A DNA stretch of 64,000 nt. Origin: Anaerolineae bacterium. Its GTDB lineage: Bacteria > Chloroflexota > Anaerolineae > JACIWR01. The notes under the pieces are model-generated. The model worked only from the letters and a program-made list of their open reading frames with translations, made no database searches and was not told where the DNA came from. The stretch is from positions 11,334-75,333 of the forward strand of contig JANLFX010000003.1 of assembly GCA_024653325.1 (NCBI GenBank). The letters are read 5' to 3'. Positions 9,839-19,292 of this stretch are shown here, in pieces; within the stretch, counting starts at the first letter, position 1; every line of letters begins with the position of its first letter. A program made the position numbers and the translations under genes.

Positions 9839-11008
9839 CTATTGTGGCTGTTCCTGCAGGTATCGCCGGGCAATCTCGGATAACACAGCCCCCCCCACAG
9901 GCAACGCTGTCTCGTCAATGTCGAAGTGAGGGCTGTGCAACCCAACCATCGGCCCGCCTGGGCTTCCTGTCCCCAGACGAAAGTAACAGCCCGGCACTCT
10001 CTCTAAAAAGAAGCTGAAATCCTCCGCTCCCATCTCCGGATCCGGCGTATGTACCTTGTCCGCGCCCAGCAGCTCACTGGCCACCTCTCGAACGAAGGCG
10101 GCCATGCGCGCATCGTTGACCGTGGGCGGGTAACCTTCCCCGATTTGCAGGACGAAATCGCCTCCCAATACCCGCGCAATCCCACAGGCCCGCTCCAACT
10201 CGGCATGGAGAAGGTCGCGCACCTCCGGGCGGAAGCTACGAATAGTTCCGTTCAGCTTCACTTCCTCCGGAATGATATTGCTCTTCGTTCCTCCGTGGAT
10301 CGAGCCTACGGTGATCACCCCGCTATCGAAGGGGCGCAGCCGCCGGGCGACGATGGTTTGGATAGCGATGATCACCTGGGCGCTGATCACAATGGGGTCC
10401 ACAGTCCGGTGAGGATACGCCCCGTGGCCTCCCTGTCCGCGTATCACCAGGTGAAAGGAGTCGGCGGCAGCGAATGCCGGGCCGGGGATCACTCCCACCG
10501 TACCGACCGGTATGTCGGGAAAGACGTGCAGGCCGAAAATAGCGTCTACACCTTCTAAGGCCCCGTCCTCAATCATGCGCATTGCACCGCTTTTGCCGTC
10601 CTGACCCATTCCCTCCTCGGAAGGCTGGAACAGAAATCGCACCTGGCCACGCGACGGTGGGGCATTGGCCAGCAAAGTAGCGGCCCCTAGCAGGATGGCC
10701 ACATGGGCATCGTGACCGCAGGCGTGCATCATCCCCGGCACTTGTGAGGCATAGGGTACATCGTTGAGTTCCTGGATGGGCAGGGCGTCCATATCGGCTC
10801 GCAGGGCAACGGTCGGTGGACCCTGGCCCAGATAGCCAACCACGCCCGTGCCGCCGATGCCCGTTTCCACGCGAATCCCCGCTTCTCTGAGGGCTTCGGC
10901 CACCAGCGCGGCAGTGTTTATCTCCTGGAAACCGGGTTCGGGATGCATGTGGATGGCGCGTCGCCAGGCGCTCAGGCGATCCTGGAGAGCGCGGGCTTGT
11001 TCTATCAT
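9839..11008 (-). CDS. M20D-family amidohydrolase (N-acyl-amino-acid amidohydrolase / hippuricase-like)
   Basis: MHACGHDAHVAILLGAA metal-binding motif and the overall M20 peptidase/dimerisation-domain pattern. Confidence 0.85.
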   Translation of the reverse strand: MIEQARALQDRLSAWRRAIHMHPEPGFQEINTAALVAEALREAGIRVETGIGGTGVVGYLGQGPPTVALRADMDALPIQELNDVPYASQVPGMMHACGHDAHVAILLGAATLLANAPPSRGQVRFLFQPSEEGMGQDGKSGAMRMIEDGALEGVDAIFGLHVFPDIPVGTVGVIPGPAFAAADSFHLVIRGQGGHGAYPHRTVDPIVISAQVIIAIQTIVARRLRPFDSGVITVGSIHGGTKSNIIPEEVKLNGTIRSFRPEVRDLLHAELERACGIARVLGGDFVLQIGEGYPPTVNDARMAAFVREVASELLGADKVHTPDPEMGAEDFSFFLERVPGCYFRLGTGSPGGPMVGLHSPHFDIDETALPVGGAVLSEIARRYLQEQPQ

Positions 11009-11285
11009 CAGAATCTCCTTACCGAATTCGTGTTTAGGTCACAGCTCGGTTTGTCGAGCATGTCCGCAAGCAATCGGACAACGATTAAAGCCCATCAAGA
11101 TGGATAGCAGCGGTTTGTATTTTACCCCTTTTTTGACAAAGTAGCAATCGTGCGTTCACTTGATTATAGTAGCATTGCTGCCAAGGCTTCGCCGTGAGCG
11201 CTCAACCGAACGTTCGCAAAGAAAATAGCTTGGCGTGCCTTCGGCTGCGCTCAGGACAAGCCTTTGCGTCTTTGCGTGAGGCAAC

Positions 11286-14200
11286 TTATTCCCGATAAAG
11301 TCCATTGAGCCCGGCGAGGAAATTTGCAGCCCGCTGGCAGATAAGAGAGGCCTGGATGGACTGGCACATGGCCTGACATTCCTCTCCCAGCCTGCGCGCA
11401 TCTTCCTTCTGACCCAGGGTCTGATGGAGACGCGCCAACTCCAATATCGCCTGGCCCAGTTCCAGGCGATTGTCCTGCTTTTCGAACATCTGACGGCTTT
11501 GAAGAAGGGAGGCCATGGCGGCGGTCAGGTGGCCTTGTTCCCGCTGCACCATTCCCCTCAGCCGCCAGGCTCTGGCTTCCCGCTCTTCACGGCCGCTTTC
11601 GCTTTGAAGAGCCATCTCCATGGCTCGTTGGGCCAGGGTTTCAGCTCCATCGAGGTCTCCACTGCCCAAGGCCGCCTCCCCCAGCAACTCGTAGACATCG
11701 GCCAGCAACTCGTTGTCTCCCAGCTCCTCATAGATGGTCAAAGCTTTCTGCAAGTGCTCCGCTGCCAGGGCCCATTCCTCAGCGTAAATAAAAGCCCGAC
11801 CCAGGTTCTTGTAGGCCTGCGCGGCGTTGAAACTATCGGCGGTAGTCAGCGCACCCTGTAGACTGCCTTCCAGAAACTGTCTGGCTTGCGGAATGTCGCC
11901 CAGATTGGTGTACACCACTCCCAGATTGCCGCTGGCGATGGTCACACCTTGCATATCACCGGTGCGCTGATGTGTTTCCAGGCTGCGCTGAAAATAATCC
12001 GCCGCTTCCACCCACCGGTTTTGCTCCAGAGCCAAGACACCCAGGTTTGCATACCCGCGAGCCATGCCCTGCAAGTCACCCATGGATTCGTAGAGCGCTA
12101 AGGCGGCGGATACCTCCTGAGCGGCTTTATCCAGGTCACCCCGCTGGTACCAGACCCCTCCCATACGGTTATGGATAGAAGCGACTTCTCCGTGATGGTC
12201 TGTGCCTTCCAGGATGCGCAAAGCCTTTCCTAACCACGTTTCCGCTTCATCCAGTTCGTTACGCCGAAAGTGCCACCAGCCGATGTCACTGTAAAGGCGG
12301 GCCACCTCCAGCGCGTATGAGGATAAGGGGAGCTTCACCTCGGCATCGGTCAGGGCAAGCTGGTACCATAACATAGCTCGCGCGTAATCCCCCTGGCGTT
12401 CATAACACTGCCCTATCTTACGTCTCATGGCCAGCGATTCCGTGGTCATATCCTCCGAGGGAGGACGTGGGCTGCCGTGGATGATGCCCAGACCGCGCCA
12501 ATATTCTGTTCTGGCTTCAGCATAACGGCCCACCAGCAGGTAGATGTCGCCCCGGCCCATGGCTATTTTCAGCGCGAAATCCGGCTGGATGTCCGGTGAC
12601 AGGTGGGGAAGCATGGTCAGCGCCTCGTGATAATACTGCAAGGCTTCATCGTTGGCGTAGCGGAGCGCCTCTCTGCTGGCCGCCTCGGTCAGATAAGGTA
12701 CGGCCTTGGCCGCCAGACCGCTACGGCCATAATGATAAGCCAGTTGCTCCAAATGCTCATCCAAGCGATCCGCGTATAACCTCTCCAGGGCTTGCCCGGC
12801 GCGCCAGTGGTACTCGCGTTGCGCCTCTTTCAAAAGCGAGTCATACACCGTCTCCTGGATGACGACGTGTTTAAAAGTGTAAATATCGGTTGATTCGGCG
12901 TGCGGGAAAATAAAGTCATAGACGTGGAGGTACCGGAGGTGCGCATCCAGTCCGGGGCGCTGTTCGGGCAGGACCAACTCGCTCAACAACGTTTTACTGA
13001 AGTTCTGGCCCAACACCGCTGCACAGGCCAGCACGTGGCGGGGGCCCGTGGGCAACCTGTCCACGCGCGCGATAATGAGCTCCTGTAGTGTCTGCGGTAC
13101 ACGCAAGGAATCCAGGTCTACTTTGCGGACGGCCACCCACCGGCTTTCTCCTGCTCTTTCTTCCTGGGCGATGTATCCCTCATTTACCAACATGCGAATA
13201 AACTCCTCGAGGAAAAAGGGGTTGCCCTCCGCCCGGTTCAGGATAGTGCGTCGTAAGGCGTTTGAGAAGGCCGGGATGGCCAGCAGGTCAGCCAGGAGAG
13301 CGTCCGTCTCCTCTGGGGAGAGAGGATTTAACTCAATCAGCAGGAATTTGCTTGCCAGACGGGTCGCCCCCAGGTCCTTTAATCGGGGCGCGGCCTGGCC
13401 GGATAAGGGCCGCGAGATTCCGCAGAAGATAAGGGGAGCCTGTTCCACCAGTGGGGCCAGAAATACCAACAGCTCCAGTGAGGCGCTGTCAACCCAGTGT
13501 AAGTCCTCCAGAATAACAATCGTAGCCTGTCGGTTTGCGATGTGGAGAAGTAAATCGCGCACGGCCACAAATACCTGGCGTTGCAACTGAGAAGGTTCCA
13601 GAATGTGCAAGGCCTTCTCCTCTTCCCCGGTTATCGGCAGGCCCAACAGGTATGCTAGCAGAGGGGCGATGGTCAGTGCGCGCTGGGGCAAATGCCCTTG
13701 CAACCAGGTATCCAGAGCTTCACGCCTGACCTTTGCCGTCTCAACCGGTAATTGCAGGCAATTGTTCAGGAGATGGGTGAATAAGCTGTACGCTGTGGCG
13801 GAGGTGTGGGCCTGGCAGGCACCTTCCAGGATGGTTATCGGTTTACCGGTCAGACTGGCCTTGAACTCGGCGATCAGGCGGGATTTGCCAATACCTGCTT
13901 CTCCTGTGACTAAAATCAACCGGCCCCGGCCATTGGTCATCAGGTCGGCGGCGGCTTCCTGCAGCGCGGCCAATTCCCGGTCCCGCCCGATCATGCGGGC
14001 CGACAATCCTTCCAACCCGCGCACTGAAACCGGCTGTTCTTTCGGCCCCAACGCCAGCCAGTTCTCCACTGGCTGGAAAATGCCCTTGAGTTTCAGTGGT
14101 GGTTGCGCCTGGAATTCGAACAGGCGGTAAGTGCGCTGATAAACTGACTTGCTGACCAATATCGTACCAGGGTCCGCTGCATTCTCTAACCGCGCTGCCA

Positions 14201-14873
14201 GGTTGACGGTGCTACCGATGACGGTGAAGTCCCGGCGGTCCTCAGAGCCGATACTGCCGGCGATGACCTGGCCGTGGTTGATGCCTATGCGTACCTTGAC
14301 CGTCACCCCCAGGCGGGCTTCCACTTCCCGGTTCAGCTCCAATAACGCTCGCTGCATGTTGAGAGCGGCCCGCACAGCCCGCTCAGGGTCGTTCTCGTGG
14401 GTCAGGGGGATACCAAAGGTGGCCATCAGGCCATCGCCTCTGAACTGATTGACGACTCCTTCAAAGCGATGGACTTCCTTGACCAGCACATCGAGGATGG
14501 CATTCAGCAGGCCATAAACTAATTCTGGGTCGAAGGCTTCCGACAGAGCAGTGTAATCACACAGGTCGGCGAAAAGCACGGTCACATCGCGGCGCTCGCC
14601 CCACAAGCCTTCCACACCCCGTGCCACTCGTTCGATGATCCCCATAGGCAAGTAGCGCTTCGCCGTTTCCAGGACCAGCGCTTCCTCAATAGCTTCTTGC
14701 TCAGGACGTAATTCGGGCAAAGGAGCAGCGCACCGCTGACAGACAGATCGTGTAGGCGGGTTGTACAGGCCGCAACGAGGGCATTGTTTTCCTAAGGGAG
14801 CACCGCACTTTCCACAGTAATTCATGCCCTGGGGGTTGTCTTCAAATCCACATCTATCACAAATCAGACCCAT
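11286..14873 (-). CDS. multidomain signalling protein: N-terminal double zinc ribbon, class III adenylate/guanylate cyclase domain, STAND/AAA NTPase and C-terminal TPR array
   Basis: CDRCG...CGKCG...CPRCG...CQRC zinc ribbons; cyclase core VTVLFADLCDYTALSE...FRGDGLMATFG; Walker A GEAGIGKSRL; many TPR units with Y-A-LG spacing. Confidence 0.85.
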   Translation of the reverse strand: MGLICDRCGFEDNPQGMNYCGKCGAPLGKQCPRCGLYNPPTRSVCQRCAAPLPELRPEQEAIEEALVLETAKRYLPMGIIERVARGVEGLWGERRDVTVLFADLCDYTALSEAFDPELVYGLLNAILDVLVKEVHRFEGVVNQFRGDGLMATFGIPLTHENDPERAVRAALNMQRALLELNREVEARLGVTVKVRIGINHGQVIAGSIGSEDRRDFTVIGSTVNLAARLENAADPGTILVSKSVYQRTYRLFEFQAQPPLKLKGIFQPVENWLALGPKEQPVSVRGLEGLSARMIGRDRELAALQEAAADLMTNGRGRLILVTGEAGIGKSRLIAEFKASLTGKPITILEGACQAHTSATAYSLFTHLLNNCLQLPVETAKVRREALDTWLQGHLPQRALTIAPLLAYLLGLPITGEEEKALHILEPSQLQRQVFVAVRDLLLHIANRQATIVILEDLHWVDSASLELLVFLAPLVEQAPLIFCGISRPLSGQAAPRLKDLGATRLASKFLLIELNPLSPEETDALLADLLAIPAFSNALRRTILNRAEGNPFFLEEFIRMLVNEGYIAQEERAGESRWVAVRKVDLDSLRVPQTLQELIIARVDRLPTGPRHVLACAAVLGQNFSKTLLSELVLPEQRPGLDAHLRYLHVYDFIFPHAESTDIYTFKHVVIQETVYDSLLKEAQREYHWRAGQALERLYADRLDEHLEQLAYHYGRSGLAAKAVPYLTEAASREALRYANDEALQYYHEALTMLPHLSPDIQPDFALKIAMGRGDIYLLVGRYAEARTEYWRGLGIIHGSPRPPSEDMTTESLAMRRKIGQCYERQGDYARAMLWYQLALTDAEVKLPLSSYALEVARLYSDIGWWHFRRNELDEAETWLGKALRILEGTDHHGEVASIHNRMGGVWYQRGDLDKAAQEVSAALALYESMGDLQGMARGYANLGVLALEQNRWVEAADYFQRSLETHQRTGDMQGVTIASGNLGVVYTNLGDIPQARQFLEGSLQGALTTADSFNAAQAYKNLGRAFIYAEEWALAAEHLQKALTIYEELGDNELLADVYELLGEAALGSGDLDGAETLAQRAMEMALQSESGREEREARAWRLRGMVQREQGHLTAAMASLLQSRQMFEKQDNRLELGQAILELARLHQTLGQKEDARRLGEECQAMCQSIQASLICQRAANFLAGLNGLYRE

Positions 14874-15089
14874 TGGGACAGTTGCCTTTCAGGGTTGTGT
14901 AGAAAAACCCACTCTGCTTGGCCGAGATGGTTGTTCGATTACAAGCTGCAATTGGTTATTGGGCCCTTTGAGGGTTTGCCTGCGTTATGGTTCTTTTTGC
15001 TTGCCCGATTATAGCACGTGAGCCGACACAGGGCAAACCCGCTTTATTCGGCGGTACTTTCCTGACGACGATGAGTTCATCCTTAAGTG

Positions 15090-15198
15090 TTGGACATTGG
15101 GGGTTTTTTTGTCGTAGTGACGGCTTCAGCCGTCCAAGAGGAGAGCGAAAAGCGGCTGAAGCCGCTACTACGAACCCCCACATTTCGCCAGACTCCAG
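15090..15198. mobile_element. MITE-like inverted-repeat element, copy 1 (TIR TTGGACATTGGGG ... CGCCAGACTCCAG; core hairpin GTAGTGACGGCTTCAGCCG / CGGCTGAAGCCGCTACTAC)
   Basis: Flanked by the 8-bp direct repeat CTTAAGTG at 15082-15089 and 15199-15206; same core and termini as the copy at 41734-41884. Confidence 0.55.
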
Positions 15199-15250
15199 CT
15201 TAAGTGGATTTTAAATGAAGCGGGCAGGCAGTAGGCTGAATCCCGCATGG

Positions 15251-15300
15251 TGGTTGAGGTTTACTCTTTTTTTACGTCTAATATGACAATAATTTACGTC
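15251..15300 (+). promoter_or_regulatory. AT-rich promoter region with two direct repeats TTTACGTCTA upstream of the S8 peptidase gene
   Basis: GC content drops sharply; the decamer TTTACGTCTA occurs twice 40 bp apart, followed by the -10-like TTATTATAGTAT. Confidence 0.35.
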
Positions 15301-15378
15301 TATATACGAAAAATTATGTTATTATAGTATGGGTGCTTTATAGTTTTGAGAGGATGGATATGCACAGGAGGTGTGGTT

Positions 15379-17196
15379 ATGGGTAGAAAAGCGTTTGTGT
15401 CACTGGTTTTGGTTTTCCTTCTTGTTCTCACCAGCTCAATGCCTCTGGGCGCGCCAACGGCCGTGGCCTTGACGAGTGACCGGCTTGATCCTGCTGTGGT
15501 CGTAGCAGTGACCGCCGGCGAGAAGAGTCTCTCGGTCATAGTGCAAGGCAACGGTGACATTGAAGCCCTTAAGCAGGCTATCACTCGCCTGGGTGGTCGG
15601 GTAGAAACTGATTTTTGGATTATTGATAGCGTCCTCGCTACCCTTTCGCCAGATGCTCTTACGGAATTGGCAAAGGACCCGGCGGTGCGATACATCTCTC
15701 TCAACCACTCCACCAGGGTGAGTGAGGCACCATACCCGGTAACGCCCACCAGTGACAATTCGCCGCCAGACGAGGAAACCGTCCACGATGTAGACGTGAA
15801 GCAAGGTTTGCTCTCGGTGCGCTATCCTCATCCTCTGGACCTGGGCATTGACCAGGTGCACGCTCAGAATGTGTTGGGTCGGGGCGTCACCATTGCTTTT
15901 CTGGATACCGGTCTATCCACTCAAGGTACTTTGGAAAAGATGATCAAGGCCGGATTCGAAGATCGCTTTGTAGGTCAGGTGAACTTCTTACAGGGTAAAC
16001 CTAAGCTGAAAAAGGAGGGCAAGGACGCTAACGGCCACGGTACGCACGTCACCGGGTTGGTCTGGAATGCCTTCCGTGATCGGGATAGCGGCACGTTTAT
16101 GGGTAGTGCGCCCGGGGCCCGGATTCTCATGCTCCAGGTGTTAGACGAAAACGGCCAGGGTAAATACGAGGACGACATTGAGGCCATCCAATGGGCCGTC
16201 GAACACAAGAACGAGTACAATATCCGGGTAATGAACATCTCTTTGTATGCCGAAGTCGCTTCCCCTTATTGGGCCGACCCCCTGGATCGGGCGGTGGAGG
16301 CGGCCTGGCGAGCAGGCATCGTGGTCGTGGCCGCCGCCGGTAACGGTGGGCCGAATCCCATGACTGTAGCTGTGCCGGGTAATGATCCTTACGTCATCAC
16401 TGTGGGCGCGTTGGATGGCAAAGAGACGGCCGGCTATCTGGCCGACGACACACTGGCTGTGTATTCTGCGGCCGGCCCGACCTATGATCTGTTCGTCAAA
16501 CCGGACGTAGTGGCGCCCGGACATAAACTGGTATCCTTTCTGGCCCCCGATTCCAAATTCGCCAGGGAGCGCGCCGACCGGAAGCGCGGCGAACATTGGT
16601 TCGTGATGAACGGCACTTCCGTTGCCACACCGCTTGTCTCCGGCGTTGTTGCCCTTATGCTGGAGCGCAATCCCGGCCTGACACCCGATCAGGTCAAGTA
16701 CCGGCTGATAGCTTCGGCGGCCACTGCCCTGGACCCGGCTACCAATGAGCCGATTTACAGCGTGTGGCAACAAGGGGCAGGGCGTGTTTGGGCTCCCGGC
16801 GCGGTATTCGGCGATCTGCCGGGTACGGCCAATCAGGGTCTGAACATTGACAAGGACCTGGCTGGCGAGGAGCATTACCAAGGTTGGACTACGTGGGATG
16901 AAGCGACGCAGACCTTCAGGATTCAGGACAGCGGCTATGCCACCTGGTCTGGGGGTTACGCTACCTGGTCGGGAGGATATGCGACCTGGTCTGGGGGTTA
17001 CGCTACCTGGTCGGGAGGATACGCTACCTGGTCTGGCGGTTATGCTACCTGGTCGGGAGGGTATGCCACCTGGTCTGGCGGTTATGCTACTTGGTCGGGA
17101 GGCTACGCTACCTGGTCTGGCGGTTATGCGACCTGGTCAGGGGGCATGTTAGGCACGGACATGGCGATGAGCATTGGCCGGTGGGTCCCAGATTAG
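15379..17196 (+). CDS. S8 family serine peptidase (subtilisin-like) with signal peptide and a C-terminal YATWSGG tandem-repeat tail
   Basis: Catalytic triad contexts DTG / HGTHVTG / GTSVATPLVSG; start placed at the Met preceded by SD AGGAGG. The ORF-track start at 15346 is probably too long. Confidence 0.85.
   Translation: MGRKAFVSLVLVFLLVLTSSMPLGAPTAVALTSDRLDPAVVVAVTAGEKSLSVIVQGNGDIEALKQAITRLGGRVETDFWIIDSVLATLSPDALTELAKDPAVRYISLNHSTRVSEAPYPVTPTSDNSPPDEETVHDVDVKQGLLSVRYPHPLDLGIDQVHAQNVLGRGVTIAFLDTGLSTQGTLEKMIKAGFEDRFVGQVNFLQGKPKLKKEGKDANGHGTHVTGLVWNAFRDRDSGTFMGSAPGARILMLQVLDENGQGKYEDDIEAIQWAVEHKNEYNIRVMNISLYAEVASPYWADPLDRAVEAAWRAGIVVVAAAGNGGPNPMTVAVPGNDPYVITVGALDGKETAGYLADDTLAVYSAAGPTYDLFVKPDVVAPGHKLVSFLAPDSKFARERADRKRGEHWFVMNGTSVATPLVSGVVALMLERNPGLTPDQVKYRLIASAATALDPATNEPIYSVWQQGAGRVWAPGAVFGDLPGTANQGLNIDKDLAGEEHYQGWTTWDEATQTFRIQDSGYATWSGGYATWSGGYATWSGGYATWSGGYATWSGGYATWSGGYATWSGGYATWSGGYATWSGGYATWSGGMLGTDMAMSIGRWVPD
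16930..17145 (+). repeat. 10 tandem 21-bp coding repeats (heptapeptide YATWSGG) inside the S8 peptidase gene
   Basis: Unit GGNTAYGCNACCTGGTCNGGN repeated head-to-tail; copies differ only at synonymous positions. Confidence 0.9.
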
Positions 17197-17217
17197 GCCC
17201 AATCCGCATTACGCATT

Positions 17218-17252
17218 AAAGGGAGACCACGAATAGTCTCCCTTTTTTGTTT
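17218..17252. terminator. rho-independent terminator (GGGAGAC-loop-GTCTCCC + TTTTTTGTTTT)
   Basis: 7-bp GC-rich stem followed by a T-tract between the convergent S8 peptidase and ArnT-like genes. Confidence 0.7.
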
Positions 17253-17258
17253 TGCTCT

Positions 17259-19292
17259 TTATCGCACCTCGATAGGGGTAAGCACTACCATGTCCCCATG
17301 TGGCTGGCCGTGCTCGAACACGGGCAACCGGTTGCCGGTGAACAACTCATACATGCCCACTACCAGGCGATAAGTCCCCGGCGGGGTATCCGCTTTGATG
17401 AGGATGCCGTAATTATCGGTGATTTGCTCACCCGGTTTCCAGTTAATGGTCAGGTGCAGGCCGCCACCTGGTTCGCTATCGTGCTGGCCGACGATGTGGT
17501 CCTGGTTATCCAATACCTGTACGAAGACCTTATAGCGGGCCGGAGGGACCTCCAGGCTCTCCCAGAAGAGGGTGAGCTGTAGAATGTCGCCGGCCGAAAC
17601 GGTTTCGTTGAGCACAGAATAACCGCGTAGAGCGATAGCCTGGCCCAGACGCACGTTCAGCGGGCGCATGTCTGCTGCGGAAGCTGTCCGAGGCACGGCG
17701 TAGATGGCCAGCCGCACCCGCCCGTACCAGGTATCCGATGCTTTGTAGGTGTGAGCATCCAACCAGGTCTCAATGAAACGGGTGGGATCACTCTCATCGG
17801 TGGCCCAATAAAGCACGAACAAGCGGTCATGCTGAGCCAGAATTGCCTCCAGTTCAGCGGCCGTTTGCCTGGGGTCCAAGGGCCGTTGTCGGGCCAAGGG
17901 GTAGAGCGGCATTTCACCCTGATAATAGTAGTGCACCGTCTCCCATTGATTAGGCGCATTGAGCAGGATGGCATCTCCAGGCCGTTCCATCTCCGAGATC
18001 GTGCGCACGATGCCCCGGTAATCGTCGCGGGCATATCGGGGGTCGAAATAATAATTGCCCAGGGCAAGGAACGAGGTGACGCTGACAAAAGCTATCGTGG
18101 TTACCGCCCCTGTCAGCCGTAACCAACTGGGACGCAATGCCCACAAAGCCAGTATCCCGCGGGCGAGTACGATACAGAAAGCAGGGCTGGCTACCAGGAA
18201 GAATTTGGGACGATAGGTGGGGCGACCGGTCAACGAGAGGGCAATCGTCAGCAAGGCAGGGGTCAAGCTGTAGAAACCGGGGAGCAGGGTGCTGAACAGC
18301 AGGCTGGTGGGGCGAGGCTCTTGTTTTCTGGGCAACAATCCGAGGAGAAATAACACGGCAAATCCGGCCAGCAGCCAGTTCATGGCCCCGCCAGCTTCTA
18401 CCGTCTGCCCCAGGCTGAGTAAACGAATAGTCTCATCGGCTATGAACCCTGGACTATAGGCCGGACTCAAAGCGGGCCATCCGGTGGTCTGCCGATAAGC
18501 GACGGGCAACCAGGGGATGTACAGAACAATAACGGCCAGTTGCAATCCGACCCAACCCAGCGTGCGCTGCCACACATTCTCCTGTTTCCAGGTCTCCAGC
18601 AGCCAGAGCGCGAACACCGCGTTTTGCAACAGGATGATTACCGGGAAAGAGTAGTGCGTGTATAGTCCTCCAGCGGTGGTCAGCACCCAACCGATGGAAA
18701 GCAGTAAGCGATGCGACTGCTCGCTGCTGGCTTTTTCCAGTAACTGTACGAAGAAATATGCCGACAGCGCGCCCAGGAGAGCGGCCAGGATGTACATCCG
18801 CGCTTCCTGAGAATAATACACCTGAAAGGGGGAGATAGCGGCCAGGAACGCAGCTATCAGACCGATGCGCCGGTCACCCAGACGGCAACCTAACAGCCAG
18901 GTGATATACACCAGGGCTACACCCAGTACCACAGATAGGGCGCGCACGGCGAATTCGCCGTCGCCAAAAATGCGGATCCAGCCCCATAACAGGTAATAGT
19001 ACAGCGGTGGATGGATATCGTAGGCTGCGCCGCGCGTGACCAGATATAGACTGCGCTGGGCCAGACTGACACTGTTTCCCTCATCGGCCCAAAAGCTCTG
19101 GGCGGTGAGACGGTAGAGACGCAAAACAGAGGCCAGGAATAACAGTCCAAGAAGGGCTGTCTGGGTCAAAAGACCTCGTTGTATAACTGGGGGGGTACGT
19201 AGGTCAAGTTGCCAACTTGGCCCACTTATTTTTCTGACGCGCGGCGAGAACGGTCCATCTTCCAAAAGCCGTCTTCCTGGACGCATGTCCAT
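17259..19292 (-). CDS. membrane glycosyltransferase, GT39/GT83 (ArnT / PMT-like) family
   Basis: Multi-pass membrane N-terminal half with FWADEG and YSQEARMY motifs typical of ArnT/PMT-type transferases, plus a large C-terminal soluble domain. Confidence 0.75.
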   Translation of the reverse strand: MDMRPGRRLLEDGPFSPRVRKISGPSWQLDLRTPPVIQRGLLTQTALLGLLFLASVLRLYRLTAQSFWADEGNSVSLAQRSLYLVTRGAAYDIHPPLYYYLLWGWIRIFGDGEFAVRALSVVLGVALVYITWLLGCRLGDRRIGLIAAFLAAISPFQVYYSQEARMYILAALLGALSAYFFVQLLEKASSEQSHRLLLSIGWVLTTAGGLYTHYSFPVIILLQNAVFALWLLETWKQENVWQRTLGWVGLQLAVIVLYIPWLPVAYRQTTGWPALSPAYSPGFIADETIRLLSLGQTVEAGGAMNWLLAGFAVLFLLGLLPRKQEPRPTSLLFSTLLPGFYSLTPALLTIALSLTGRPTYRPKFFLVASPAFCIVLARGILALWALRPSWLRLTGAVTTIAFVSVTSFLALGNYYFDPRYARDDYRGIVRTISEMERPGDAILLNAPNQWETVHYYYQGEMPLYPLARQRPLDPRQTAAELEAILAQHDRLFVLYWATDESDPTRFIETWLDAHTYKASDTWYGRVRLAIYAVPRTASAADMRPLNVRLGQAIALRGYSVLNETVSAGDILQLTLFWESLEVPPARYKVFVQVLDNQDHIVGQHDSEPGGGLHLTINWKPGEQITDNYGILIKADTPPGTYRLVVGMYELFTGNRLPVFEHGQPHGDMVVLTPIEVR

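Noticed and set aside
14956-15214. Small ORFs (65-75 aa) in the cyclase-protease intergenic region
   Set aside because: They overlap the MITE-like element and the inverted repeat GGGTTTGCC...GGCAAACCC, with no SD and no conservation signal.
16930-17145. Regular 21-bp repeats that could be mistaken for a CRISPR array
   Set aside because: They are contiguous with no spacers, in-frame within the S8 peptidase CDS, and encode a perfect heptapeptide repeat.
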